Positions 1-9,649 of a stretch of DNA of 42,077 nt are shown here, in pieces (within the stretch, counting starts at the first letter, position 1; the number at the start of each line of letters is the position of its first letter). A program made the position numbers and the translations under genes. Location: contig JANRKO010000026.1 in the NCBI GenBank assembly GCA_033763455.1, positions 1 to 42,077 of the forward strand. Reading direction: 5' to 3'. Source of the DNA: Polyangiaceae bacterium. Lineage in GTDB: Bacteria; Myxococcota_A; Polyangia; Polyangiales; Polyangiaceae. The notes under the pieces were generated by a model. That model saw nothing but the letters and a program-made list of their open reading frames with translations. It had not been told where the DNA came from and did not search any database.

Positions 1-60
1 GAGCTTGAGCTTGCTGCTGGAGACGAGGTTGACCTCGTAGAGCTGGACTGCGGTGCTCAT
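1..60 (-). CDS. 5' part of a hypothetical protein running off the left edge (MSTAVQLYEVNLVSSSKLKL...)
   Basis: ATG at 60-58 overlaps the TGA stop (59-57) of the upstream minus-strand gene (ATGA coupling); the frame stays open to position 1. Confidence 0.6.
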   Translation of the reverse strand, partial: MSTAVQLYEVNLVSSSKLKL

Positions 61-689
61 GGCTTTACCTGCTCCATGATGCTGATTCTCGGGGATCCTG
101 ACCACAAGGAAAGATGAACTTCCGCGATATCGGCGCGCCCCACCAGAAGTGACGCCTTTCCAGGCACTTTTGGCAATCCCCCCTTGGCGGGTCTGCCATT
201 GCGAACTAGCAGGAGGGCGGACTTGCCGCCGGCGGAGCGCCCGGCGGTCTCTACTCCTCTCAGTGCTCCGGGCGCGGGATCGAGCAGGATGTCTGGCGCA
301 GAGCCCTTGCGAAACGCCAGCGCGCGTCGCCCTGGCAGGAAGACCGAGATGGCTACAAGGGTCAGTGCATAGGCGGCCAACTCGGTGATGTGTTCCCGCT
401 GAGCAGAGCGACCGGTCTGCAGGCGTCGCACCTGATCGCGGAGCCCTGGGATGGCGCTTTCCAGCGCGGTCATGTCCCAAGTGAGATCGAGCTGAACACG
501 GGCGCGCTGCGGGCCCGCAAGGTGCTCTACCTCGAAGCGGAAGGGCTGCTTGCGTTTCGCTTTCCCCTGCCCCGGAATCCACGCCAACGCCGCGGCGATG
601 GTATCGTGCACCAAGTCTCGATCCTGGTCGACGAACAGCTGTTCGAGGGCGTACGGAACCACGCGTGGAATCACGTTACTTTTGGTCAT
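57..689 (-). CDS. Hypothetical protein, possible PD-(D/E)xK-like nuclease fold
   Basis: ORF 57..764 with a likelier ATG at 689 (MTKSNVIP). It contains E(x)n-PDILLD-(x8)-VETAG, reminiscent of the restriction-endonuclease-like motif, and its stop is coupled to the next gene. Confidence 0.55.
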   Translation of the reverse strand: MTKSNVIPRVVPYALEQLFVDQDRDLVHDTIAAALAWIPGQGKAKRKQPFRFEVEHLAGPQRARVQLDLTWDMTALESAIPGLRDQVRRLQTGRSAQREHITELAAYALTLVAISVFLPGRRALAFRKGSAPDILLDPAPGALRGVETAGRSAGGKSALLLVRNGRPAKGGLPKVPGKASLLVGRADIAEVHLSLWSGSPRISIMEQVKP

Positions 690-1252
690 GACTCGGAGAA
701 GAGTAGGCTCCAAACCACACTGGTGACAGGGCCCGCGCGCGAAAGCCGATGCGCATTGGTCCACTGGCTGACACCGTTGGCTTTTCGTGGACGAATCTGT
801 TTTATCCGGCAGCCACCCGATGCAGTCGCGGCCCCTCCGCGCTAGACTTGACCTGTCGCGTATGCCCGGCCACGGTCAACGCTCGGAGGATTCTGGTGAT
901 GCGGGTCATGTGGGTGTTGGGGATCATTGGCTTAGCGAATGGATGCCACCGTTACCGAGCAGCTGAGGTTGGGAGAGAGCATCATGTGCGAAACCTCGCA
1001 CCGCGAATCGTACGCGGACGGGAACCACCACCGCCTGCGAAAGGCTCAGAGCTACCCATCTTCGATAGCTGAGCCTCCCCTTGGTTACACGAAACAAGAA
1101 AGACTTTGCAAGGTTGGCCAAGGTTTCTGGAGTCGATTTGCATCTCTTGGATTGGACTAAACCGACCAGACATTCGGTACGGTGAAGCTCAGGCAAGGGG
1201 GCAAACCGAGCGCTGTCATGCGAGCCGTGCTTCAGATAGACTGGTCGTGAGT

Positions 1253-1507
1253 ATGGAGAAAGTTCGCTTCGGCAATTTCCGCGATCAAAGCGAGGAGCAA
1301 GCGCGTTTTTGGTTGGCTCGCTCATGCCGTGCCCGGGTTGACGCTGCTCTCGCCCTCCACGCATTCTGGTTAGACGCTCATAGCCAAACTTCACGAGGAT
1401 TGGATCGCGTTCTTGAAGTTGCTGAACGCCCGTCGCGCTCGCTACCTCATAGTGGGCGCGCACGCAGTAGCCGCTCACGGCCGGCCCCGGCTCACCGCCG
1501 ATCTTGA
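1253..1507 (+). CDS. Small putative antitoxin-like partner of the nucleotidyltransferase remnant (possibly decayed)
   Basis: MEKVRFGNFRDQSEEQARFWLARSCRARVDAALAL resembles the short 'FW..x.ER' proteins found upstream of stand-alone nucleotidyltransferases; it overlaps the downstream gene start. Confidence 0.4.
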   Translation: MEKVRFGNFRDQSEEQARFWLARSCRARVDAALALHAFWLDAHSQTSRGLDRVLEVAERPSRSLPHSGRARSSRSRPAPAHRRS

Positions 1508-1601
1508 TATCTGGGTTGAACCGAGCCTGGAGAACGCAAAGCGAGTCGTAGCTGCGCTCGAATCGTTTGGTTTCAGCGGCTTGGCGCCGCGCCAAGTTTG
1601 A
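1380..1601 (+). pseudogene. Truncated nucleotidyltransferase (DUF6036/AbiEii-like toxin) remnant
   Basis: Frame reads (I)AKLHEDWIAFLKLLNARRARYLIVGAHAVAAHGRPRLTADLDIWV, with the GA...R.T.DLD NTase signature. The apparent start codon is ATA at 1380, just after an in-frame TAG, and the frame stops after about 73 codons. Confidence 0.7.
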
Positions 1602-1701
1602 CGGACGTTTCGCTAAGCTTCGCGGACGAGCCTTGCCAGCGTGAAAACCTGTAGCCTTTCGGCCGCTCGCGCCTAATATGCCGGCCTTCGAAAGGTTAGG
1701 T

Positions 1702-3678
1702 ATGCGCACGCGTCAGGTTCATCTCGATTTTCACACGTCCGAGAAGATTGCCAAAATTGGCGTTGAGTTTGATCCGAAACAGTTTCAGCAAATGCTGAAG
1801 CTTGGGTACGTCAACTCCATCACGGTGTTCTCGAAGTGCCACCACGGCTTGAGCTACCACCCCACGCGGGTGGGGCAGATGCACCCGAACCTGAAGTTTG
1901 ATCTCTTGGCGGCGCAAATCAAAGCCGCTCACGCCATCGACGTGAAGACGCCCGTGTACCTATCGGCGGGAATTGATGAATGGATCTACTGGCGCCATCC
2001 GGAGTGGGCGCGGCGTAGCGAAGATGGCGGAGTGCCCTGGGCGGGGGCTATGCTCGCCCCAGGTTTCCATGAGTGTTGCATGAACACTCCGTATCTGGAC
2101 TATCTGTTGAAGCAGATCGAAGAAGCGCTGAAAAACTACGAGATGGACGGGCTCTTCTTGGACATCGTTAGCCCGCGCGTCTGTTATTGCACTGCCTGCA
2201 CGCTTACGCTGCGCGAGCGTGGCAAAGATCCGAGTGATGTTGGAGCCAGAAATGAGCTCGCCCGCGAAGTGTACCTCAACTACACCAAGAGCGTTCGCAA
2301 GCTGGTAGATAAGCTGCGCAAGGGCTTGCCGATTTTCCACAATGGCGGCCACATTCCGCGCGGGGATCGCCAATTGGTCCAGGAAAATACGCACTTGGAG
2401 CTTGAATCGTTACCGACCGGTGGGTGGGGGTATGATCACTTCCCGATCTCGGCGGGTTATGCGCGCACCCTGAAAATGCCGTTTCTCGGCATGACAGGGA
2501 AGTTCCACGAGAGCTGGGGCGAGTTTGGCGGCTTCAAGCACCCGAATGCCTTGCGTTACGAAGCGCGTGCGGCCGCTGCTTTTGGCGCTTGTGTGAGCGT
2601 GGGGGATCAGCTGCATCCTTCGGGTAGCATGGAGCAAACGACCTATCGTTTGATTGGCCAAGCCTATGCAGAAATTGAAGAACGGGAGCCGTGGCTCATC
2701 CATGCTCAAGGGTTGGCTGATGTTGGCCTGCTTTCGGCAGAAGCCTGTAGCGGTGGGAACGCGGGCGATGCCCAAGCCCCCAAAAATTCCTTAGCCGATG
2801 ACGGCGCCGCGCGCGTGCTGTTGGAGGGTAAGCTCTGTTTCGATGTCCTCGATCTCGAGGCTGATTTTAATGCCTACCGGGTGCTCGTGCTTCCTGATGG
2901 CATTCGCGTGAACAGCGCGCTCCTGAAGAAGTTGAAGGCATACGTGGCCAAAGACGGGCAAATCTTGGCCACGGGCGTGTCTGGCCTTTTGGCAGACAAA
3001 GACGAACCTGCCTTGGATTTCGGCTACAAAGACGCCGGCGCCTGCGAGTTTGATCCCGATTACATTCGCCCCAAGTTTGAGCTGGAAGCGTGGGACACTA
3101 CTTCTTTTTTGGTTTACGGGCAGGGGCGCCGCTGGAGCAAAACTGCAACCGGCAAAGTGTTGGCTACCCGTGATGAGCCCTATTTCAACCGCACATCCGA
3201 ACACTTCTGTAGCCACCGGCACTCGCCGCCCAGTGGGAAAAATGGCGGCCCCGTTATCACCCGTGGCTCCGCCGGCATAGCCTGCACGCATCCGCTATTT
3301 TCTATCTATGCGAGCCGCGGGCAGCAGGTAGCCAGAGACCTGTTGTTGCATTGTTTGGCCGATTTGCTTCCAGATCCCTTGGTGAGCGCAGAGCTGCCAG
3401 CCGCTGGGCGCGTCACTGTGTGCCGACAGGCCAAGGAAAAGCGCGATATTGTGCATCTCCTGTTTGCGCAACCTAGCCGGCGTGGGCAGGGCGTTGAAGT
3501 GATTGAAGATGTGGTGCCGCTCTTCAACGTTGGCGTGAGCCTGCGGAGAAAGTCCAAGCCGAGCCGTGTAGTGCTGGAGCCGGAGGGGCGTGAGCTGCCT
3601 TTTACGTACGCCGCGGGTCGCGTGAATACGGTGGTGCCCACCTTCGAGCTTCATCAGATGGTGGTGTTTGAGGATTGA
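1702..3678 (+). CDS. Glycoside hydrolase, GH151-like alpha-L-fucosidase (GHL6 barrel plus beta-galactosidase trimerisation-like domain)
   Basis: N-terminal RQVHLDFHTS...SITVFSKCHHG.SY.PT, DGLFLDI, HLELESLPTGGWGY and GMTGKFH.SWGEFGGFK motifs. ATG at 1702 follows aaggttagg; no signal peptide. Confidence 0.8.
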   Translation: MRTRQVHLDFHTSEKIAKIGVEFDPKQFQQMLKLGYVNSITVFSKCHHGLSYHPTRVGQMHPNLKFDLLAAQIKAAHAIDVKTPVYLSAGIDEWIYWRHPEWARRSEDGGVPWAGAMLAPGFHECCMNTPYLDYLLKQIEEALKNYEMDGLFLDIVSPRVCYCTACTLTLRERGKDPSDVGARNELAREVYLNYTKSVRKLVDKLRKGLPIFHNGGHIPRGDRQLVQENTHLELESLPTGGWGYDHFPISAGYARTLKMPFLGMTGKFHESWGEFGGFKHPNALRYEARAAAAFGACVSVGDQLHPSGSMEQTTYRLIGQAYAEIEEREPWLIHAQGLADVGLLSAEACSGGNAGDAQAPKNSLADDGAARVLLEGKLCFDVLDLEADFNAYRVLVLPDGIRVNSALLKKLKAYVAKDGQILATGVSGLLADKDEPALDFGYKDAGACEFDPDYIRPKFELEAWDTTSFLVYGQGRRWSKTATGKVLATRDEPYFNRTSEHFCSHRHSPPSGKNGGPVITRGSAGIACTHPLFSIYASRGQQVARDLLLHCLADLLPDPLVSAELPAAGRVTVCRQAKEKRDIVHLLFAQPSRRGQGVEVIEDVVPLFNVGVSLRRKSKPSRVVLEPEGRELPFTYAAGRVNTVVPTFELHQMVVFED

Positions 3679-3831
3679 AGGGGTAGAGAGCTGCGGGCGA
3701 TGTCGCCAGGTGTGTGAGAAAGTTCGAGGCGAAAAGGCAGGGTAAACCCTAAGTTTTTGTCTCGGCTTGCAGAAGGATCGCCTGTGCTCGGGGGCTGACG
3801 CGGCAAGGATCGTCAGATATGTTTTCGCGGA

Positions 3832-6800
3832 ATGGGGCTCTTAAAAGGACCTGAGCGAACGCTTATTCCAGACGATGACACACGCCTGGATGAGATTGAA
3901 CAGCTAGCGCTGGCAGGGCACATGCTACGAGCCTTCCGTTGGCTGGAGGAATTGCGTCAAGGGAACGCCCTGGGTGGTGTTCGTGCGCGCTGCACGGCTG
4001 CCTGGATCGGAGATCACCTCGGTGCCAGTTCGGAGGCTCGGCGCGAGTACGCGCTTCTCAATCGAGTTTCCCGCGAACATCCGAGCGTGCGCTTCTACTA
4101 CGGTTACCTGCTACTTCGTGAACGCGGCGCGGCTTCGGCACTTCGCTACTTGCGCGGCTACACCACCGCACACCTAGCAGAAGCAGATGCCTCCGAACTG
4201 GAGAGCCTCCGGGCTCGCCTCTGGGCATACGTGAGGGATGCCGCTAGCGCGGATGAAGCCCTAGCGCTTGTGAACGTTGAGGCATTGGGTGAGCCCCGCT
4301 GGGTATCGGCGAAAGCCGCACTACTTGAGTATCGGGATGAACGCGGTGCTGCGCTTGAGCTCGTTCAGGAGGCACTTCTAAAACACCCTCACCACCGTCT
4401 TCTGGTTCAGGCTGCAGTGAGTTTGCTGGAGGGGTTAGACCAGCAACAGGAAGCACTTTCGCTTCTGCGCACAACAGAGCCACTGCTCGAAACGCCATCC
4501 TTAGCGTCGCAACGTGCGGGCCTCGAACACAATCTCGGGCTTTTCGACGAAGAAGCCCGTTCGTTGGATCGGTTCGAACAGCTGTCCATCGTTTCCGATG
4601 CTTCGTTTCGTCGTCAACTGAAGGCTCGGCGTGCGCAGAATGCATATCGTCGGGGGGATTGTGGGGAGGTGCTTCGTTTGGCAGAAGACGGCGTCGGTCC
4701 CTACTGGGAGAGGCTTCGGCGTCGCCTGACAGCAACCACAGGGAAACCGCAGCGCACCCAGCTCGACACTCCGGTGGTGATTCAGGATCACATGGGGTGC
4801 GCGCCCACTTCGTTGGCCATTATCTCAGCATTCTTCGGCGACCCCGTGGATCACGTGGATGTAGGGGATCAGATTTGTTATGAGGGAACAGCTGCACACT
4901 CTGAGCGCGGGTGGGTTGAAGGCCGCGGGTGGATATCACGAGAGTTCACCGTTGATTATCAGACGGCGCAAGCCCTGATCGGGCGCGGCATTCCGTTCCT
5001 CTTGGTCACGGTTTCGATTGCGTCCGCACATGCGCAAGTGGTCGTGGGTGTTGATGCTACGATGCAGACGCTCATCATCCGTGATCCCAATACTTCGAGA
5101 TTGCTAGAATTCGACGCTGAGACATTGTTCCAGCGCCATCGAGCCTACGGGCCACGGGGACACGTGCTCCTGCCGCGGGAGCGCGCGCACGCGGTGGACG
5201 GCCTCATTCTCCCCGAAGTTGACCTGCACGACCACGCGCACCAGATCCGAGTAGCGCTTGGGCAAAACGACCGAGCTTTGGCACTAGAGCACTTGAACGC
5301 GTTGGTGGCGGTAGGACCGCAGCACCAGCTCGCGCTCTGGGGTGCCCGCAGCATCGCTGGTTTCGATGGGGATCCCTACGCGATGAAAGAGTGCTCAGAA
5401 CGACTATTGGAGGCGTTCCCCGACGACGTGAACGCTGAGGTAGAGATCTTGGATCATCTCGGATCCATTGGTACCGAGGCAGAACAGCGCACTCGGCTAG
5501 AGAGCTGTCTGGCTAGGAAGGATCCGCCATGGATCTTCTTTGAGCGCCTAGGGGCCTTGCTTAGCACGGACGCGTCGCAGGCGGATCGCGCGCGCAGGCT
5601 TCTGACTCGGGCCCACCGGATGGTGCCCTACCGCGGATGCACACTCGCGTTGCTCGGGAACCTACATCGAAACCTAGGTGATGTTGACGGTGGTATTGTG
5701 GAGAGCAGGCTCGCATCGACGTTGGAGGCAACGGATGATCGCTTGGCCTCGGAATACTTCGACGTGGTGTCACGTGTTGGCAGAAGTGAGGAGGCGTTCG
5801 CATGGCTGCGAACCCGAGCTCAGCGGTTTTGCGCACGTTCGAACGGTCCGGCGCAGGCCCTCTTTCGTGCTTTCGAATGGGCAGATCGCGTGGATGAGGG
5901 ATTTGATGTCCTTAGGGATGGCTTGCTCGCACGCCCCGAAGATCCGGATGCTTTGGCGTTTGCCGCGGAAGCACACGCGCGTTACGGAAGAATTGACGCT
6001 GCCGAAGAGTTACTTGGTCGCGTTAAAACGGGCACAAATTCCATTTTGCTTGAGCAGACTGCCGCTCGCATCGCTGAGCTTGCGTCACGCTTGCCCCTAG
6101 CACTGGAGCGTCACCTCGCTGTACTGAAAGCTTTCCCATTCTCTCTTTACTCCCACCAGTGTGTTGCAGGGCTGCTACTGGATCTCAAAGGTCCAAGTGC
6201 TGCTCGCGAGCATTTGGCGGAAGCCTGCGCAAGGTATCCTACCCACCGGGGGTTGCGTGAGCTCTACTGTACCTGGCTCCGCGGGCATGATCCTGCACAC
6301 GTTCTGCCCGAGCTCGAAGCACTCATTCAGCAACAACCACTTAACGTGTGGGCGCACAGAGAGCGTGCTGGCGTTTTAAGTGAGCTCGGAAGGAATGAGG
6401 ATGCTATTCACGAAGCAGAGCTTGCGGTTCGCCTCGCTCCCAAGCAGGTGGCAAGCCAGGGGGCGCTTCGCTTCGTGCTCCTTGGCGCAGGAAAGCGTGC
6501 TGAAGCTCTGGAGGCAGCGCTGGCAGCATTCGAGCTTGAGCCTGATGCGATAGGGGTCGTTGGTCACGTGTTGCGTTTGGCCAACTCACTGGAGCACCAA
6601 CGTACGCTGCTAGAGCTTACCGATGGCACACTTGCGAGCAAGAGCGTCGACGGCACCGGGATCCTCGAATGGCATGAGTTTGCTTCGGGCCTCTTGCCAG
6701 CTACAGCGCTGGAAAGCCGAGCTGACCACCTCGTGGATGTTCGACCCAACCTTTGGGTTGGGTTCCATCTGAAGTGCCGGTATCTTCTGAATCGCGGTGA

Positions 6801-8949
6801 GGCGGAAAGTGCCCGTGAAGTCGTGGAGCTGGGCCTTCAGCGCTTCCGCTACCTACCACGGCTCGAAATAGATCTTGCTGATGCGTGCCACGCGCTCGGC
6901 GATCTGGAAGGGGAGTGGCGAGCTTCCGAGCGAGCCGTTCAACTGAATCCGGGTTGGATCTTGGCGGTGCTACGCCTTTCTCAAGTTCAGCAGAGAAGGA
7001 GAGACATTCGGGGGGCAGTGAGCGTCTTGGAGCGCGGATTGACGCAGAATCCACGCTCCGCGCAGATCACGCGGGCCTTGGCTCAGATCGCTTGGTCAGA
7101 AGGCAGGCCCGAGGAAGCCTTCAGCAAAATCCGTGAGGCTATCGCCTTCGACCCTGAGGAGCCCGCACTCTGGGAGACATATATCGACTACGCGCAAACT
7201 ACCTCTGCTTTGCCAGATGTAGTGGCTTATGCTCGTTTGCTTGCGGGCGAGCGTCCTTGGAACGTCGGGGTCCTGCTGCAGCTGGCGGAAGTGTTGCGGG
7301 CTCAGTCCGAGAACCTCGCGAGTCTAGAAGTGCTGGAAGCGGCACTCGAGCGGAGGCCAGGTTTGGCTTCTGCCCTAGATGCCTACGTAATGACGTTAGT
7401 ACGGATCGGGAGGAAGAAAGAAGCGCTAGCCGCCTGTGATCGTGCCGTTCACGGCTACTACCCGCACGGGATGATGCGCACCCGTAAGGCCTGGATCCTC
7501 TGGGAATATGGGGAAAAAGCGTCTGCATGCTCGGAACTTGTGAGCGTGCTTAAGGACCATCCTGACCAAGTTTGGGGGCACCAACTGCTCGTGGATTGGC
7601 AGCTTGAACTTGAGCAGGCTGAGCCAGCGATCAAGACGGCAGAAGCCTTGGTTCTGCTTGCACCCCTTCAGGCCATGAGCCACGGATACTTGGCGTCGGC
7701 ATTTAGAGCAGCGGAAAAACCGAAGCAAGCGTGGGAGTCCCTTGGCCGAGCTGCCGCGATCGATCCCACCTATTGGTATGCCGCAGACACGCGCGTTACG
7801 ATGGCTCTCGCCGAGGAACGCGTGGCCGATGCCGAAAGCGTGTTGGCTGCGCAGGGGCCTCACCTGGAGCCCTATGAGCGCGATCTATTGGAATTGAGGT
7901 GCGCGATTGTTCGGAAAGATGAACCCCGCACACTTCAGATATTCGGCAGGCTTGCCAAACACAAGACGACTCCCGGGTGGATCTTGGCGCGGGCTTCTTC
8001 GGAGTTGGCTCGGGGGAATACCATGACCTCGACGCTCGCACGGGGGCTCTATGTGCTTGCACAAGAAGCCGAAATTCACGCCGAAACAGGGGCGCTTTGG
8101 GTGGAAGCTGCTGGTGCTCTCGGCAAACCATCTGCGCTTGCGATAGCCAGGCTCGGGCGCACCAACCCAGACACGCAGGGGACCGCCGCCTATGCGTACC
8201 TCGGGCTCGCGGATGATAAAGCGTTCGGAACGCTGCGCGTACTGTGGGCAATCGGCGTGCTTTGGCGCATCGCGCGACGGAATGACCTCGTTTGGGGAAG
8301 AGTGGGCTACCTCCTGGTGACACGGGGACTGTACGTGCTAGCCGTATGGTGGCTGAGAGATTATCGAAATCGAAGCTCCGTGGAAGCTTGGATGCTTCAC
8401 AATTATCGGGTTGCTGCACTAAATACGCACCAACCAAAAGTGGCGCTCACCGCAGTTGAGGATGCGCTGAAATTGCCAGCGGACGTTACACTTCACCGTC
8501 ACCTGGCTTTTCTGGCTTTCGCTAAGGCCGCCAATCGCGACATCGAAGGTGCTCGGGCGCTCACCTCGACTCTAACACCCAATCAAATCAACACCGCTGA
8601 AGCCTCAATGTTTGAATTGGCAAGGTTGCTTGTCGAGTTGCCAAGCGCTGCTGCAAGCGAGCGCCCGGCATTATTGCAGCAGATTGCCGAGCTTTCTGGT
8701 ACGGCTTGGCAATGCTCACTGTCCCCACTTGAGGGGGGAACCACGGGGCGATGGGCTGCAAAGGCCGTGCTTGCAAGTGGCTGGTCGCTTAGGTTCTTCC
8801 TCCGAAGGTGGGGAGCCTTATGGGTCACGGTGGTCGCCACGATCCGTTTTGCCTACGGGCACGCGCACTCAGATCCGACTGTGTTCGTGGGGAGCTACAC
8901 CGCGTGGGTCGCCGCGATTTACATATTCCTTCGCTTTGTTTCGTCGTAG
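3832..8949 (+). CDS. Large C39-like cysteine peptidase / TPR-repeat protein with C-terminal hydrophobic segments
   Basis: 1705-aa ORF with papain-like C39 motifs IQDHMGC, AHAQVVVG and IRDP, flanked by many A..L.P TPR-like repeats; hydrophobic C-terminus. Confidence 0.8.
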   Translation: MGLLKGPERTLIPDDDTRLDEIEQLALAGHMLRAFRWLEELRQGNALGGVRARCTAAWIGDHLGASSEARREYALLNRVSREHPSVRFYYGYLLLRERGAASALRYLRGYTTAHLAEADASELESLRARLWAYVRDAASADEALALVNVEALGEPRWVSAKAALLEYRDERGAALELVQEALLKHPHHRLLVQAAVSLLEGLDQQQEALSLLRTTEPLLETPSLASQRAGLEHNLGLFDEEARSLDRFEQLSIVSDASFRRQLKARRAQNAYRRGDCGEVLRLAEDGVGPYWERLRRRLTATTGKPQRTQLDTPVVIQDHMGCAPTSLAIISAFFGDPVDHVDVGDQICYEGTAAHSERGWVEGRGWISREFTVDYQTAQALIGRGIPFLLVTVSIASAHAQVVVGVDATMQTLIIRDPNTSRLLEFDAETLFQRHRAYGPRGHVLLPRERAHAVDGLILPEVDLHDHAHQIRVALGQNDRALALEHLNALVAVGPQHQLALWGARSIAGFDGDPYAMKECSERLLEAFPDDVNAEVEILDHLGSIGTEAEQRTRLESCLARKDPPWIFFERLGALLSTDASQADRARRLLTRAHRMVPYRGCTLALLGNLHRNLGDVDGGIVESRLASTLEATDDRLASEYFDVVSRVGRSEEAFAWLRTRAQRFCARSNGPAQALFRAFEWADRVDEGFDVLRDGLLARPEDPDALAFAAEAHARYGRIDAAEELLGRVKTGTNSILLEQTAARIAELASRLPLALERHLAVLKAFPFSLYSHQCVAGLLLDLKGPSAAREHLAEACARYPTHRGLRELYCTWLRGHDPAHVLPELEALIQQQPLNVWAHRERAGVLSELGRNEDAIHEAELAVRLAPKQVASQGALRFVLLGAGKRAEALEAALAAFELEPDAIGVVGHVLRLANSLEHQRTLLELTDGTLASKSVDGTGILEWHEFASGLLPATALESRADHLVDVRPNLWVGFHLKCRYLLNRGEAESAREVVELGLQRFRYLPRLEIDLADACHALGDLEGEWRASERAVQLNPGWILAVLRLSQVQQRRRDIRGAVSVLERGLTQNPRSAQITRALAQIAWSEGRPEEAFSKIREAIAFDPEEPALWETYIDYAQTTSALPDVVAYARLLAGERPWNVGVLLQLAEVLRAQSENLASLEVLEAALERRPGLASALDAYVMTLVRIGRKKEALAACDRAVHGYYPHGMMRTRKAWILWEYGEKASACSELVSVLKDHPDQVWGHQLLVDWQLELEQAEPAIKTAEALVLLAPLQAMSHGYLASAFRAAEKPKQAWESLGRAAAIDPTYWYAADTRVTMALAEERVADAESVLAAQGPHLEPYERDLLELRCAIVRKDEPRTLQIFGRLAKHKTTPGWILARASSELARGNTMTSTLARGLYVLAQEAEIHAETGALWVEAAGALGKPSALAIARLGRTNPDTQGTAAYAYLGLADDKAFGTLRVLWAIGVLWRIARRNDLVWGRVGYLLVTRGLYVLAVWWLRDYRNRSSVEAWMLHNYRVAALNTHQPKVALTAVEDALKLPADVTLHRHLAFLAFAKAANRDIEGARALTSTLTPNQINTAEASMFELARLLVELPSAAASERPALLQQIAELSGTAWQCSLSPLEGGTTGRWAAKAVLASGWSLRFFLRRWGALWVTVVATIRFAYGHAHSDPTVFVGSYTAWVAAIYIFLRFVSS

Positions 8950-8976
8950 GGGATAACGATGCATGCCGCCTGGCAG

Positions 8977-9636
8977 CTAGATCGAATCTCGCCACAGCCT
9001 TTCTGGCTCGCCAGGTGGAGTGACGAATAGTTGAAGGGCAGCGTGCCCGCTTACCTGAAAATAGTGCACGCGAATTCGGTGCCGGCCCGACTCAAGTTGG
9101 GCAATTTCAATCTTACTCACCACTGGATGCACGCCATCATTGTCGACTACTTCGTGATCGTCGATCCAGAGGATCGAGCCGTCATCAGACACTAGTCGAA
9201 AGGTGTAGAATCCAGATCGTTTGAAGGAAAATACCCCGTCGAAGTCGATGGCGATCGCTTCGGCCGGACCGTCGATCCCGGGAAATCCAGCTTCGGATCC
9301 GCCGTCAGCGGTGTTCAGCACCCGCCAGAAGAATAAGCTTTGCGGCCTGCAAGAAGCCAAGCTGCGCAGCGAAGTTGTTGTACGGGGGATGCTACAAACT
9401 TTTGCGCGCAAACGCCGGCTGTTCGGGGTGCTTGGCCAGGGATTAAACGGTAGGATTGGTATATTCGAGGGGGATGTACCGGCGGCGGGTGCGACAGGCA
9501 TACGCGTGTTGTCAGTGGTATCCCACAACCGTGATCCCGCCACGAAGATGGTGAAGGCCGCAAAAGAACCTGCCCCCACAACCGCTAACATGGGCCAGCG
9601 CGAGGCGTAAATACGACGCACTAGGTGCCTCAACAT
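8977..9636 (-). CDS. PA14 domain protein with N-terminal membrane anchor or signal
   Basis: PA14 signature SG.YTFRLVSDDGS.LWIDD..VVDNDGVH...GRHRIRVHYFQ. The start is uncertain (ATG 9636 chosen; the ORF extends to 9681). Confidence 0.8.
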   Translation of the reverse strand: MLRHLVRRIYASRWPMLAVVGAGSFAAFTIFVAGSRLWDTTDNTRMPVAPAAGTSPSNIPILPFNPWPSTPNSRRLRAKVCSIPRTTTSLRSLASCRPQSLFFWRVLNTADGGSEAGFPGIDGPAEAIAIDFDGVFSFKRSGFYTFRLVSDDGSILWIDDHEVVDNDGVHPVVSKIEIAQLESGRHRIRVHYFQVSGHAALQLFVTPPGEPERLWRDSI

Positions 9637-9649
9637 GGTGCACCGTTGG

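Noticed and set aside
924..1709. 261-aa minus-strand ORF
   Set aside because: It is antisense to the recognisable NTase remnant and the GH151 start, and has no motifs; likely a shadow ORF.
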